DNA of 64,000 bases from Candidatus Omnitrophota bacterium (GTDB lineage Bacteria > Omnitrophota > Gorgyraeia > Gygaellales > Profunditerraquicolaceae): NCBI GenBank assembly GCA_003598025.1, contig QZKH01000002.1, positions 334,501 to 398,500 on the forward strand, written 5' to 3'. The position numbers and the translations under genes were made by a program. The notes beneath the pieces were generated by a model, which did no database searches, was not told the origin of the DNA, and was given only the letters and a program-made list of their open reading frames with translations. This document shows, piece by piece, positions 45,669 to 55,732 of the stretch. Each line of letters starts with the position of its first letter. Within the stretch, counting starts at the first letter, position 1.

Positions 45669-48474
45669 CAAAGATTATAAATCTACGCTTAATTTACCTA
45701 ATACCGCTTTTCCTATGAAGGCTGATCTGCCTAAAAGGGAGCCTCTATTGCTGAAGCAATGGAGTGATCAGGGTATTTATAAGCAAATACGTAATATATC
45801 GAAAGGCAGGCCGAAATTCGTTCTCCATGACGGCCCGCCGTATGCTAACGGGGATATACATATTGGGCATGCGTTAAACAAGACCTTAAAAGATATCGTC
45901 GTTAAGTTTATGACTATGCAAGGATTTGATTCTCCGTATGTACCTGGTTGGGACTGCCATGGCCTTCCGATAGAGCACCAGCTATTTAAAGAATTAAAAA
46001 TCAGGAAGCACCAGATATCACAGGTCGAATTCAGGGAAAAAGCTCATGATTATGCGATGAAATACGTTAAAAACCAACGGGAACAGTTTATGCGCCTTGG
46101 TGTTTTTGGCGATTGGGATAACCCTTATCTTACATTAACCCCCGGATATGAAACAGCCATAGTAAGCTCTTTTAACGAATTATTTAAAAAGGGCTATATT
46201 AAAAGAGGTTTAAAGCCGGTAAATTGGTGCTTTAGATGCGAAACCGCTTTAGCTGAAGCCGAGGTAGAGTATGAAGACCATGTTTCGGATTCTATTTTTG
46301 TAAAATTCAAGCTGGATGACAATCCAGCATTTGATAAAGACAGCTATTTATTGATCTGGACTACCACGCCCTGGACGTTGATAGCCAATGTCGCCGTAGC
46401 AGTCCACCCTGAATTAAATTATTCTTATATAAATACGGAGGCCGGAAGATTAATCATAGCCACCCCTTTACTTGAAAATGTTTTATTACAGTCAGGCCTG
46501 AAAAACTATAAACTGCTTAAAAAAATAGACGGCAAAGAGCTTGAATCCCTTGTTTATGAGCATCCATTCGGGTTGAGGAAGGGCAGGGTGGTCTTGGCCG
46601 ATTATGTTTCTAAGGAAGAAGGCAGCGGCCTGGTGCATACTGCCCCCGGACACGGCAATGAAGATTATATGACGGGACTTAAATATAATTTAGACATTGT
46701 CATGCCTGTCGACGATCAGGGTAAATTTAACGCCGACGTAGATGACTTTTCCGGTTTGAATGTATTTGATGCCAATCAGCTTATTATAGATAAGCTAAAG
46801 GCCAAAGGGTTATTGTTATCCAGTTCAAAATTTTCACATTCTTATCCGCATTGCTGGCGCTGCAAAAATCCCATAATTTTCAGGGCAACAAAACAGTGGT
46901 TTCTCATTATCGACCATAATGAGCTGCGAAAGAAAATACTTGAAAGTATTGAGAAGGATGTCGAATGGGTGCCGCCTGCAGGAAAAGAAAGAATTTCTGC
47001 AATGGTAGCAAGCAGGCCGGATTGGTGCTTGTCACGCCAGCGATATTGGGGGGTGCCTGTGCCGGCTTTAGTTTGTAACAGTTGCAAGGAGGAATTCTTC
47101 AACGGCGATGTAATAGAAAAATTCATTCAGTTTATAAATAAGGAAGGCTCAAACGTCTGGTTTAACAGGGATATTAAAGACTTTCTTGTCGAAGGCATTG
47201 TTTGTCCTTGTTGCAAGAAAGGCAAGGATTTTTCAAAAGGCAAAGATATTTTAGATGTTTGGTTTGACAGCGGCGTAAGCCATCAGGCAGTGCTTAAAGA
47301 TAGAAAAGAACTTAAGGGCACGCCATGCGAATTATATCTAGAAGGCTCAGACCAACATAGGGGCTGGTTTCAATCCTCTATTATTCCTTCGATTGCAATC
47401 GATTCAAAGCCGCCTTTTAAAACTGTCCTTACCCATGGATTCGTGGTTGACGGCCAAGGCCGCAAGATGTCTAAATCTCTTGGTAATGTAATATCCCCCT
47501 TTGATATAATAAAAGATTACGGAGCCGATATATTGAGGATGTGGGTTGCTTCAAGTAATTACAATGAAGACATAAGGATTTCTAAAGAAATACTGATGCG
47601 TTTATCAGAGGCTTACCGTAAGGTCCGCAATACTGCCAGGTTCATCCTCAGTAATTTATATGATTTTGACCCTGACAAAAATAAAATTGCTCCTGAGAAA
47701 CTTAATAATTTAGATAGATGGATGTTAAGCGTAACACACAATACTGCATATAACACAAAGAAGGCTTACGAAACCTTTGATTTTCAAAATGCTTTCAGGC
47801 AGATTTATTTTTTCTGTAATGAACGTTTATCGATGCTTTATCTTGATATAGTAAAAGGAAGGCTTTATACTTACGCATCTGATTCCGTAGAAAGAAGGTC
47901 GGCGCAGACAGTTATCTATGAAGTCATGCAATATTTGCTCAGGATGATGGCGCCTATCCTTGTTTTTACATCCGAAGAAATCTGGGGCTATATGCCTAAA
48001 GAAAAATGGCAGCAGGATATTAAAAGCGTCCATCTGTTAGATTGGCCAGGGCCAGAATCGGCGAAGATTCCTGGAGAGTCAGAAGATTTATCTGAATTGC
48101 TGCAAATCAAGCCGGATATCGATAAATGCTTGGAGGACCTGCGTTCAAAGGGAGAGATCGGCAGTTCTTTTGACGCAAAAATAAAACTGTTGACAAATAA
48201 CCAAGAACGTTATACATTTTTATCCAGCCTGAAGAATGATTTGAGTGAAATCTTTAAGGTTTCACAGGTTGAAATAATAAAAGACGATAATATAGCTTCT
48301 GATGCCAGGAGAAGCCAGAATTATCCTGATGTTGCAATAGTTGTGGAGAAGGCAGGCGGCCTTAAATGCCAGCGTTGTTGGAATTATTCAGAGCAAGTCG
48401 GGAAAAATGATCAGCATCCTCAATTATGCGGCAATTGCATTAATGCGATAGGAGGAAAAAAAATTGAAGAATAA
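45658..48474 (+). CDS. ileS: Isoleucine--tRNA ligase
   Basis: HIGH motif '[16 protein letters not shown]', KMSKS motif 'KMSKSLGN', an editing domain, and a C-terminal Zn-finger ('CQRCWNY...CGNC'). Length 938 aa. Confidence 0.95.
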   Translation: MSNNKDYKSTLNLPNTAFPMKADLPKREPLLLKQWSDQGIYKQIRNISKGRPKFVLHDGPPYANGDIHIGHALNKTLKDIVVKFMTMQGFDSPYVPGWDCHGLPIEHQLFKELKIRKHQISQVEFREKAHDYAMKYVKNQREQFMRLGVFGDWDNPYLTLTPGYETAIVSSFNELFKKGYIKRGLKPVNWCFRCETALAEAEVEYEDHVSDSIFVKFKLDDNPAFDKDSYLLIWTTTPWTLIANVAVAVHPELNYSYINTEAGRLIIATPLLENVLLQSGLKNYKLLKKIDGKELESLVYEHPFGLRKGRVVLADYVSKEEGSGLVHTAPGHGNEDYMTGLKYNLDIVMPVDDQGKFNADVDDFSGLNVFDANQLIIDKLKAKGLLLSSSKFSHSYPHCWRCKNPIIFRATKQWFLIIDHNELRKKILESIEKDVEWVPPAGKERISAMVASRPDWCLSRQRYWGVPVPALVCNSCKEEFFNGDVIEKFIQFINKEGSNVWFNRDIKDFLVEGIVCPCCKKGKDFSKGKDILDVWFDSGVSHQAVLKDRKELKGTPCELYLEGSDQHRGWFQSSIIPSIAIDSKPPFKTVLTHGFVVDGQGRKMSKSLGNVISPFDIIKDYGADILRMWVASSNYNEDIRISKEILMRLSEAYRKVRNTARFILSNLYDFDPDKNKIAPEKLNNLDRWMLSVTHNTAYNTKKAYETFDFQNAFRQIYFFCNERLSMLYLDIVKGRLYTYASDSVERRSAQTVIYEVMQYLLRMMAPILVFTSEEIWGYMPKEKWQQDIKSVHLLDWPGPESAKIPGESEDLSELLQIKPDIDKCLEDLRSKGEIGSSFDAKIKLLTNNQERYTFLSSLKNDLSEIFKVSQVEIIKDDNIASDARRSQNYPDVAIVVEKAGGLKCQRCWNYSEQVGKNDQHPQLCGNCINAIGGKKIEE

Positions 48475-48847
48475 ATATTCAAAAAAGGATATAGCTGTAT
48501 TTAAAAAGCTGATTTTAAACAGAAAAGAGGAGATCCTTGAGGGGATAAAGCATATCTCCGAAGATACGCTTAAGAAGTCCCAGAAGGATGCCTCTGGAGA
48601 TATATCCGGATACACCTATCATATGGCAGATGTAGCTACTGACAACTATGACCGGGAGTTTTCGCTTGGCCTGGCCTCGAACGAAAGGCATGTGCTATAT
48701 GAACTGGATGACGCCTTAAAAAGGATGGAAGAAGGTACTTTCGGGGTATGCCAGTCCTGCAAGACGACGATTTCCAAGACCAGGTTAAAAGCAGTACCTT
48801 ACGCTAAGCTTTGTGTGAAGTGCCAAGAAAAAGAAGAAAGAAGGTAA
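48464..48847 (+). CDS. DksA/TraR-family C4-type zinc-finger protein
   Basis: A coiled-coil region followed by 'CQSCKTTI...CVKC'. Typical position between ileS and lspA. Confidence 0.7.
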   Translation: MKNKYSKKDIAVFKKLILNRKEEILEGIKHISEDTLKKSQKDASGDISGYTYHMADVATDNYDREFSLGLASNERHVLYELDDALKRMEEGTFGVCQSCKTTISKTRLKAVPYAKLCVKCQEKEERR

Positions 48848-48859
48848 TATCCCTATTCG

Positions 48860-49297
48860 ATGATTTTTGTCATCGTTTTTTTTATCTTATTTATAGACCG
48901 CCTCACTAAAATCCTTGCTGTTGATAATCTAGTATTAAATTCTCCCAAACCCGTAATTAATAACTTTTTATATTTGACGCTTATCCATAACAAAGGGGCA
49001 GCATTTGGCATGCTGCAGAACAAGCTTTATATTTTTATTTTTTCGGCATTGCTGGCTGTAGCCCTGATATATTCTGAGTTGAGAAAGCGTCCAAGAAATG
49101 AATTTACTTTATATAAGCTGTCTTTGATCATGATTTTGTCAGGGGCAATAGGCAATCTTATTGACCGTATTTATTTTGGTTATGTCATAGATTTTATTGA
49201 TTTTCGTGTCTGGCCGGTTTTTAATATTGCCGATAGTTTTATCAGTATCGGTATAGTATTACTTATCGTGTCGATGATGCGCAGAAGGAGGGGCTAA
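48860..49297 (+). CDS. lspA: Lipoprotein signal peptidase (signal peptidase II)
   Basis: 'NKGAAFG', 'FNIADSFISIG' and four TM segments. Confidence 0.88.
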   Translation: MIFVIVFFILFIDRLTKILAVDNLVLNSPKPVINNFLYLTLIHNKGAAFGMLQNKLYIFIFSALLAVALIYSELRKRPRNEFTLYKLSLIMILSGAIGNLIDRIYFGYVIDFIDFRVWPVFNIADSFISIGIVLLIVSMMRRRRG

Positions 49298-49301
49298 CAG
49301 G

Positions 49302-50033
49302 ATGCATCCGGTTATTTGCAGAATAGGGCCTTTTTCAATCTACTCTTACGGGCTTATGCTGGTCCTGGGGTTTTTAGTAGCGTCTTTGCTTGCCCGCCGC
49401 CAGGCAAAGAATGCCGGCATAGATCCGGATCTTATAAGCAATTTGATCTTTTATATATTTATCTCTGGCATACTGGGCGCCCGTATTTTCTATGTAGTTG
49501 AAAACGCAGATTTTTATTTTAAGAACCCGGCAGAAATAATAATGCTGCAACATGGCGGGCTATCATGGTTTGGCGGGCTGATATTAGGGAGCGCCTGTGG
49601 AATATTTTATTTAAAACGCAGAAGACAATCCGTGCTTAAGATACTGGATTTGTTGAGCCCTTTTGTGGCCTTGGCTCAGTCAATCGGCAGGATCGGATGT
49701 TTATTGAATGGTTGCTGCTTTGGAAAACCGTCAGTATACGGATTTTATTTTCCTGCGCATGAGGATTATTTAATACCAACGCAGTTATATTCCTCTGTCG
49801 TGTTACTTTTTATTTATTTTCTGTTAAGAGCTGTCCAGATAAAAAAACGCGACTATAGCGGAGAGGTGTTCTTCCTGTATCTTTTTCTTTATTCTATTTC
49901 CCGTTTCATAATTGAGTTCTTCCGGGCTGATAATCCGGTCATAGTATTCGGGCTCACTCTTTTTCAACTTATCAGCCTTTTACTATTTGTAATATCATCA
50001 TTATTTCTTATCCGGATAAAAATCCGGCAATAA
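49302..50033 (+). CDS. lgt: Phosphatidylglycerol--prolipoprotein diacylglyceryl transferase
   Basis: 'GPFSIYSYGLMLVLGF', the Lgt signature region 'GRIGCLLNGCCFGKP', and the lspA-lgt linkage. Confidence 0.88.
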   Translation: MHPVICRIGPFSIYSYGLMLVLGFLVASLLARRQAKNAGIDPDLISNLIFYIFISGILGARIFYVVENADFYFKNPAEIIMLQHGGLSWFGGLILGSACGIFYLKRRRQSVLKILDLLSPFVALAQSIGRIGCLLNGCCFGKPSVYGFYFPAHEDYLIPTQLYSSVVLLFIYFLLRAVQIKKRDYSGEVFFLYLFLYSISRFIIEFFRADNPVIVFGLTLFQLISLLLFVISSLFLIRIKIRQ

Positions 50034-50039
50034 ACCCAT

Positions 50040-50963
50040 ATGAAAGAATATTCATTTGAAGTATCAGAGGCTGAGAACGGAAAACGTTTGGATATTTTTC
50101 TCCAGCAGTCGGCTAAAGATAATGATTTGGGCTATTCGCGGACTTTTATAAAGGATTCCATAAGCCATGGCAATTGCAGCGTAAACGGCTTGCCTGTCGT
50201 TAAAGCTCACCACAAAGTAAAAACAGGGGATAAGTTAACGATAAGGTTAGAGGATAGACAGGCAGTAGATTTAGCTGCTGAGGAATTGCCTTTGGATATA
50301 TTATTTGAAGATGGTGATATAGCTGTAATAAATAAACAGCCTGGCCTGGTGGTACATCCTGCACCCGGTAATAAAGAGCATACTTTAGTTAATGCGCTCC
50401 TTTATCATTTTAAAGATAAGCTTTCAAGCGTAAATCCCATGAGGCCAGGTATAGTACACAGGCTGGATAAAGATACTTCCGGTTTGATAGTCATAGCTAA
50501 GAATAACAACAGCCATTTTAATTTAACAAAGCAGTTTGCAGAGCACCTGGTGCAGAAAAAATATATCGCTTTGGTCGAAGGGTATGTGGAATTTAATGAA
50601 GATGTTATCGAGCTGCCTATAGGCAGACATCCTCTTAAGAGACAAAATATGTCAGTCGGTTTTAGAGAGACAGATAAGTATGCAAAGACACGGTATCATA
50701 CCTTATTACGCAATTCACAATTCAGTATGTTAGCGCTTTTTCCTTTGACCGGCAGGACACATCAACTGCGCGTCCATCTTGCCCATATCGGGCACCCTAT
50801 ATTAGGAGACGGAAAATACGGAAGAAAGAATACTTTTCCCAGGCTTGCCCTGCATGCGCAATATCTTGGGTTTAAACATCCGGGCACAGAAGAGTTCGTG
50901 GAATTTTATTGCAAGCTTCCGGATGAGTTTACCTATTTTATTGAACAGAACAGGGTAGTCTGA
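50040..50963 (+). CDS. rluD: RluA/RluD-family 23S rRNA pseudouridine synthase
   Basis: N-terminal S4 domain and the catalytic 'HRLDKDTSGLIV'. Confidence 0.85.
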   Translation: MKEYSFEVSEAENGKRLDIFLQQSAKDNDLGYSRTFIKDSISHGNCSVNGLPVVKAHHKVKTGDKLTIRLEDRQAVDLAAEELPLDILFEDGDIAVINKQPGLVVHPAPGNKEHTLVNALLYHFKDKLSSVNPMRPGIVHRLDKDTSGLIVIAKNNNSHFNLTKQFAEHLVQKKYIALVEGYVEFNEDVIELPIGRHPLKRQNMSVGFRETDKYAKTRYHTLLRNSQFSMLALFPLTGRTHQLRVHLAHIGHPILGDGKYGRKNTFPRLALHAQYLGFKHPGTEEFVEFYCKLPDEFTYFIEQNRVV

Positions 50964-51106
50964 TATATAACATAAATTCCTTTGTTGTTGAGAGTTACGA
51001 CAAGATTTGACTTGATTTTTGACTGGACGATGATATACTGAAAAAAAAGATAAGTATATTTTTCTATTTTGCCTAGAAATTTTTATAAAAGATGAAGGAG
51101 GCTTGA

Positions 51107-51937
51107 ATGTTGAAAGGATTAAGAGGTTCATCTTTAGTTTTTATAATATTGATTTTAGTCTCTTTGATTGCAGCCGGAGGGGCTTTTTTCCTTTTACAGA
51201 AAGAGAGATCTAAAAGTACATCACTTCAGAATGAGATAGAAGAAATCCGTGCCAGGCAGAAAGTAGCTGAGATGAAACTGGAAGATTCAAAGAATATGAT
51301 AGGGGATTTGGAAGCTCAATTGCGTAACGCAACCCTGCAGATTAATAATCTTAGCCGCGATTTTGATTCTGAAAAATCTGCTAAGCTTGAGGCTATGGCA
51401 AAGATTGAGCAGCTAAGGCAGGATATCGAGCAGCAGAAGTCTCTGAGAATGGAACTGGAAAATAAACTTGCGATGGCGCAGAAAGATGTTAGCGCAATGA
51501 AGGCCCAGATCAGCAATCTCGAGGTAAAAAAGGCGGAATTAGAGACCAAGGTATTTGATTTAGAGGAGAAAACTAAGGATGTCGAACTTGGCACAATAGT
51601 GGTCGGGCCGGAAGACGTCCAATCCCTGGTTTCCGAGAAGGAAGAGGCATCAACAAAGACTAAGCAGTCAAAATCAGCCAAAAGCACTAAATCCAAGCCC
51701 GGGGTAGAAGGCAAGGTTTTGGTCGTAAATAAAGACTATAAGTTTGTAGTCATCAATCTCGGGTCAAAAGACGGCGTTGCAATAGGGGATGAGTTTTCAG
51801 TCTACCATAACAATAAATATATCGGCGATGTCAAAGTAGAAAAAATCCAGGATTCGATGGCTGCTGCAGCATATCTTTCCCCGAATCTAAGAAACAAAGT
51901 ATTTGAAGGGGATAAAGTAACACCTAAGGCCGGCTAA
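51107..51937 (+). CDS. Hypothetical membrane-anchored coiled-coil protein with a C-terminal small beta-rich domain
   Basis: AAGGAGG RBS at 51093. N-terminal TM segment 'LVFIILILVSLIAAGGAFFLL' and about 150 residues of heptad-rich coiled coil. A Lys/Ser-rich linker leads to 'GKVLVVNKDYKFVVINLGSKDGVAIGDEFSVY'. Confidence 0.5.
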   Translation: MLKGLRGSSLVFIILILVSLIAAGGAFFLLQKERSKSTSLQNEIEEIRARQKVAEMKLEDSKNMIGDLEAQLRNATLQINNLSRDFDSEKSAKLEAMAKIEQLRQDIEQQKSLRMELENKLAMAQKDVSAMKAQISNLEVKKAELETKVFDLEEKTKDVELGTIVVGPEDVQSLVSEKEEASTKTKQSKSAKSTKSKPGVEGKVLVVNKDYKFVVINLGSKDGVAIGDEFSVYHNNKYIGDVKVEKIQDSMAAAAYLSPNLRNKVFEGDKVTPKAG

Positions 51938-51941
51938 ATAA

Positions 51942-53273
51942 ATGGGTTCATTCTTAATTGGCAAGCCCCTTGTTCGCTTTAAAGTTAAAGAAATAAGCAT
52001 TCCCGGGGATAAATCTATTGCCCACCGCGCTATATTCTTAAGCTCAATCGGGAATGGGCGCGTAGTAATAAAAAATTTTCCTTTCAACGAAGACTGCCTA
52101 TCTACAATAAAAACATTCAAACAATTAGGCGTAAAGATATCTGTTAATAAAACTGCAAACAGGGTAAATGTCTATGGCGTTGGAATAAATGGATTACGAA
52201 AACCCAGTGGCAGTATTTTTATTAAGGAATCAGGAGCGACTTTCAGGATGCTGCTTGGCTTATTATCAGGCCAGAAATTTACTAGCAGGCTCCATGCAGG
52301 CCGGGAGCTTAGCAAGAGGCCAATGCAGAGAGTAACATTCCCTTTAAAAAAGATGGGAGCGGTCATCAGGCCTTTATCTTTTAATAATCCCGGTAGAGTA
52401 TCGGCTTGCGCTGAGCATCCGCCGTTTATCATACAGGGCGCCGAGTTGAAAGGGATATCATACAGGATGCCTGTCGGGTCAGCTCAGGTTAAATCGGCTT
52501 TGCTGCTTGCCGGGCTTTATGCGCAAGGGCAAACTACAATTACAGATACTTTTAAATCGAGAGACCATACCGAAAGAATGCTCAAATTATTTAAGGCCAG
52601 GATAAAAGTGAAGGGGGACAATATAATAATAAGGAAAACACAGATGCTGAAAGGCCCGAAATCACTGGATATACCAGGCGATATGTCTTCGGCAAGTTTT
52701 TTTATAGTCTTGGCAGCGATTACCCCAAATTCCAAAGTTATCATTAAGAACGTTTCTCTTAATAAGACGAGATCAGGGTTGCTTTCTGTCCTGAAAAGAA
52801 TGGGAGTAAATATAAAAATAATCCCTTATAAAGTAGGCTGGGAGCCGGCTGGGGACATTGAGGTAAAAAGTAGCCGGTTAAAAGGCGTAAGGATATACAA
52901 AAATGAGATGCCGTCACTTATAGATGAACTGCCGATACTTATGATAGCTGCTTGTTATGCAAATTCAAAGACAGTATTTGAAGGGGTTAATGAATTAAGA
53001 GTAAAAGAAACAGACAGGATAAAGTCAATGGCCAGTAATTTGAAGAAAATGGGAGCTGACATAAGAGTTTTTAGTAAAACCGGGATAGAATATATTGTTA
53101 TTAATGGCAAGGAGCAGCTATTGGGTTCCAGCCTTAGGAGCTTCGGCGATCATCGTACAGCTATGAGCCTAATAATAGGAGCCTTGAGGGCAAAAGGGGC
53201 AAGCAGGATTGATGATGTAAGATGCATAAATAAATCCTTTCCGCTCTTCACCAGCATAATCAAGAGTTTATAA
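51942..53273 (+). CDS. aroA: 3-phosphoshikimate 1-carboxyvinyltransferase (EPSP synthase)
   Basis: EPSP-synthase fold of 443 aa with 'KESGATFRMLLGLLSG' and the C-terminal 'DHRTAMSLIIGAL'. Confidence 0.85.
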   Translation: MGSFLIGKPLVRFKVKEISIPGDKSIAHRAIFLSSIGNGRVVIKNFPFNEDCLSTIKTFKQLGVKISVNKTANRVNVYGVGINGLRKPSGSIFIKESGATFRMLLGLLSGQKFTSRLHAGRELSKRPMQRVTFPLKKMGAVIRPLSFNNPGRVSACAEHPPFIIQGAELKGISYRMPVGSAQVKSALLLAGLYAQGQTTITDTFKSRDHTERMLKLFKARIKVKGDNIIIRKTQMLKGPKSLDIPGDMSSASFFIVLAAITPNSKVIIKNVSLNKTRSGLLSVLKRMGVNIKIIPYKVGWEPAGDIEVKSSRLKGVRIYKNEMPSLIDELPILMIAACYANSKTVFEGVNELRVKETDRIKSMASNLKKMGADIRVFSKTGIEYIVINGKEQLLGSSLRSFGDHRTAMSLIIGALRAKGASRIDDVRCINKSFPLFTSIIKSL

Positions 53274-53286
53274 TGTAACTTTTTGT

Positions 53287-53315
53287 TTGACATAGACTTT
53301 AATCTTTGATAGAAT
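53287..53315 (+). promoter_or_regulatory. Sigma70-type promoter (TTGACA-17-TAGAAT) for mreBCD-mrdA-rodA
   Basis: TTGACA at 53287-53292 and TAGAAT at 53310-53315. Confidence 0.55.
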
Positions 53316-53342
53316 TTACGCACTGTTAAAAAGGGGCTTAAT

Positions 53343-54404
53343 ATGGCCAAATGGCTGGCTATTATCAAGAAATTTATCGATTATATCCTGGGTTTGTTTT
53401 CTAATGATATGGGTATTGATTTAGGAACAGCCTCTACCCTTGTTTATGTCAAAGGCGAGGGGGTTGTTTTGTGCGAACCCTCAGTCGTAGCAATAAGAAA
53501 AAGCACTGCTAAGGTAGAAGCTGTCGGGGATGAAGCTAAGCGTATGCTTGGGCGTACCCCCGGTAATATTATTGCTATAAGGCCTATGAAAGACGGAGTT
53601 ATAGCTGATTTTGAAGTGACTGAGGCAATGCTCAGGTATTTTATAAAGAAAGTGCACCACAGAAGGGTCTTACGCAGGCCCCGTTTAGTCATTGCTATAC
53701 CTTCGGGAATAACTGAAGTTGAAAAAAGGGCCGTAAAGGATTCCGCAGAAAGAGCAGGGGCACGGGAAGTGCATCTTATAGAAGAGCCGGTTGCCGCAGC
53801 AATAGGGGTGGGCCTGCCTATCCAGGAACCGATTGGCAACATGATAATTGACATTGGCGGCGGCACCACAGAAATTGCCGTTATCTCGCTGGCCGGTATA
53901 GTATTTTCTAAATCTATACGTATAGGTGGAGATGAAATGGATGAGGCCATCATCGAATACCTTAAAAAAACTTATAATCTTATGGTCGGTGAGCGTACTG
54001 CAGAAGATATAAAAATCAAAATAGGCTCTGCTTATCCTTTAGAAGAAGAAATGACCCTTGAGGTAAAAGGCAGGGATTTAGTCGTAGGCCTGCCTAAGTC
54101 AGTGACTATAACATCAGAAGAGATAAGAGAATCATTGCAGGAGCCTTTAAGGGCGATAGTCGAAACTACTAAAATCTCTCTTGAGAGAACGCCCCCGGAG
54201 TTAGCAGCTGATTTGATTGAGAACGGTATTGTGCTTGCAGGCGGGGGAGGGCTGCTCAGGGGTTTAGATAAACTTATTTCTGAAGAGACAGGTCTGCCTG
54301 TGCATATAGCTGAAGATCCGTTAACAGCTGTTGCGCAAGGGACAGGAAAAGTTTTGGATAACGCACGCTTGCTAAGAGATGTCAGCACGCCTATAAAACT
54401 CTAG
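53343..54404 (+). CDS. mreB: Rod shape-determining protein MreB
   Basis: '[16 protein letters not shown]', '[11 protein letters not shown]' and '[13 protein letters not shown]'. Confidence 0.93.
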   Translation: MAKWLAIIKKFIDYILGLFSNDMGIDLGTASTLVYVKGEGVVLCEPSVVAIRKSTAKVEAVGDEAKRMLGRTPGNIIAIRPMKDGVIADFEVTEAMLRYFIKKVHHRRVLRRPRLVIAIPSGITEVEKRAVKDSAERAGAREVHLIEEPVAAAIGVGLPIQEPIGNMIIDIGGGTTEIAVISLAGIVFSKSIRIGGDEMDEAIIEYLKKTYNLMVGERTAEDIKIKIGSAYPLEEEMTLEVKGRDLVVGLPKSVTITSEEIRESLQEPLRAIVETTKISLERTPPELAADLIENGIVLAGGGGLLRGLDKLISEETGLPVHIAEDPLTAVAQGTGKVLDNARLLRDVSTPIKL

Positions 54405-54429
54405 TCTATCCGTTCATATAGATAAAAAT

Positions 54430-55203
54430 GTGTTTAGGCTCAAAAGAAATAATATAACTAGTATTGTAGTTTCTTCAGTAATTCTGATTGCGATTGCACT
54501 CAGCGTACCTGTCCTGCGCCCGCCGACTATAAAAATAATTAAATTCCCGTTAACCATCGCCGGTTTTATCAAGCAAGAAATACAAGGGATTATTTTCTTT
54601 CACAGGAATATGCATCATAGAGAGAGCCTGATAAAAGAAAACCAGACTTTAAAGAGAAGGCTCAATGAATCAGAAGAAATAAAGATAGAAAACGCCCGCC
54701 TGCTGGAATTAATATCATTTAAGAAAAAGACCCCTTTTAAAGTAATTGTGGCAAGAGTCATATCCCGCCCGGCCGACAATTGGTCTTCCATGCTGATAAT
54801 AGATAAGGGAAAGACAAATGGCATAAGGGTAGGTTTTGTAGTAATCAATTACCTTGGGCTCTTGGGCAGGGTCGTCGAGGCCAACCAGGATACCAGCACA
54901 GTTATGCTTATAAACGACGCTAATTCAGGCGTATCTTCTATAATACAGCGTAACAGGCAGGAAGGACTGGTAACCGGCACATTAAGTTCTTCCCTTATCA
55001 TGAAATACCTGCCGTTAGATGCCGATGTCCAGGTCGGCGACGCAGTTATTACTTCCGGTTTAACTGAAAATTATCCTAAAGGCATACTAGTGGGCTCGGT
55101 AGCAAAGGTAGGAAAGGAATTCTCAGGCTTAAGCCGTTATGCGGTTATTAAACCCGCAGTTGACTTATCCAATATCGAAGAGGTATTAATAGTAATAAAA
55201 TAA
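54430..55203 (+). CDS. mreC: Rod shape-determining protein MreC
   Basis: N-terminal TM segment and coiled coil, then two beta-barrel domains ('GDAVITSGL...FPKGI'). Follows mreB. Confidence 0.85.
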   Translation: MFRLKRNNITSIVVSSVILIAIALSVPVLRPPTIKIIKFPLTIAGFIKQEIQGIIFFHRNMHHRESLIKENQTLKRRLNESEEIKIENARLLELISFKKKTPFKVIVARVISRPADNWSSMLIIDKGKTNGIRVGFVVINYLGLLGRVVEANQDTSTVMLINDANSGVSSIIQRNRQEGLVTGTLSSSLIMKYLPLDADVQVGDAVITSGLTENYPKGILVGSVAKVGKEFSGLSRYAVIKPAVDLSNIEEVLIVIK

Positions 55204-55225
55204 TTATAAAATTATTGTGTAAATT

Positions 55226-55705
55226 ATGAGATACCTGGCGTTTATTTTTTTTATTCTTGTGGTGTTTGTAATCCAGGTAACTATTTTGAACCTGGTTAAG
55301 ATATTTAACGTAAAGCCGGACCTTCTCCTGGCCGTTTCAGTTATAGCGACATTCTATTTCGATAATAAAGCCGCAGTCATGTTCGCTGCCTTAGCAGGAT
55401 TCCTGAAGGATGTTCTATCAGCCAATCCCATAGGAGCCAATATCCTGATTTTTGCTTTATGTATTTATATGGTTGAGCAGTTGCTAAAAAGAATATTTAT
55501 AGATAATGATTACAGCCGCATGGCTCTTATGGGGCTGGTCGTATTGGTAAACGGTTTATTGCTGAAACCCGTATTGTTGTTTATGAATCATCCGGTCCCT
55601 GTGGGCATCTATTCCAGGATCTTATTTATCGATATTATTTATACCGCCCTGGTTTTTCCTCTGATTTTCAGGGCCGCAGAGATTTTTTTCAGGTCCAGAG
55701 ATTAA
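55226..55705 (+). CDS. mreD: Rod shape-determining protein MreD
   Basis: Small polytopic membrane protein of about 5 TM helices in the mreD position. Confidence 0.7.
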   Translation: MRYLAFIFFILVVFVIQVTILNLVKIFNVKPDLLLAVSVIATFYFDNKAAVMFAALAGFLKDVLSANPIGANILIFALCIYMVEQLLKRIFIDNDYSRMALMGLVVLVNGLLLKPVLLFMNHPVPVGIYSRILFIDIIYTALVFPLIFRAAEIFFRSRD

Positions 55706-55732
55706 GAGAGTCTGTTTAACCGTTGAATAGAG

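Noticed and set aside
50964-51106. Duplicated TTGACT hexamers with an extended -10 'TGATATACT' upstream of the coiled-coil gene
   Set aside because: The spacing of either TTGACT to the -10 element (9 or 21 nt) is outside the functional range. Only an extended -10 promoter is plausible, which is too weak to call as a feature.
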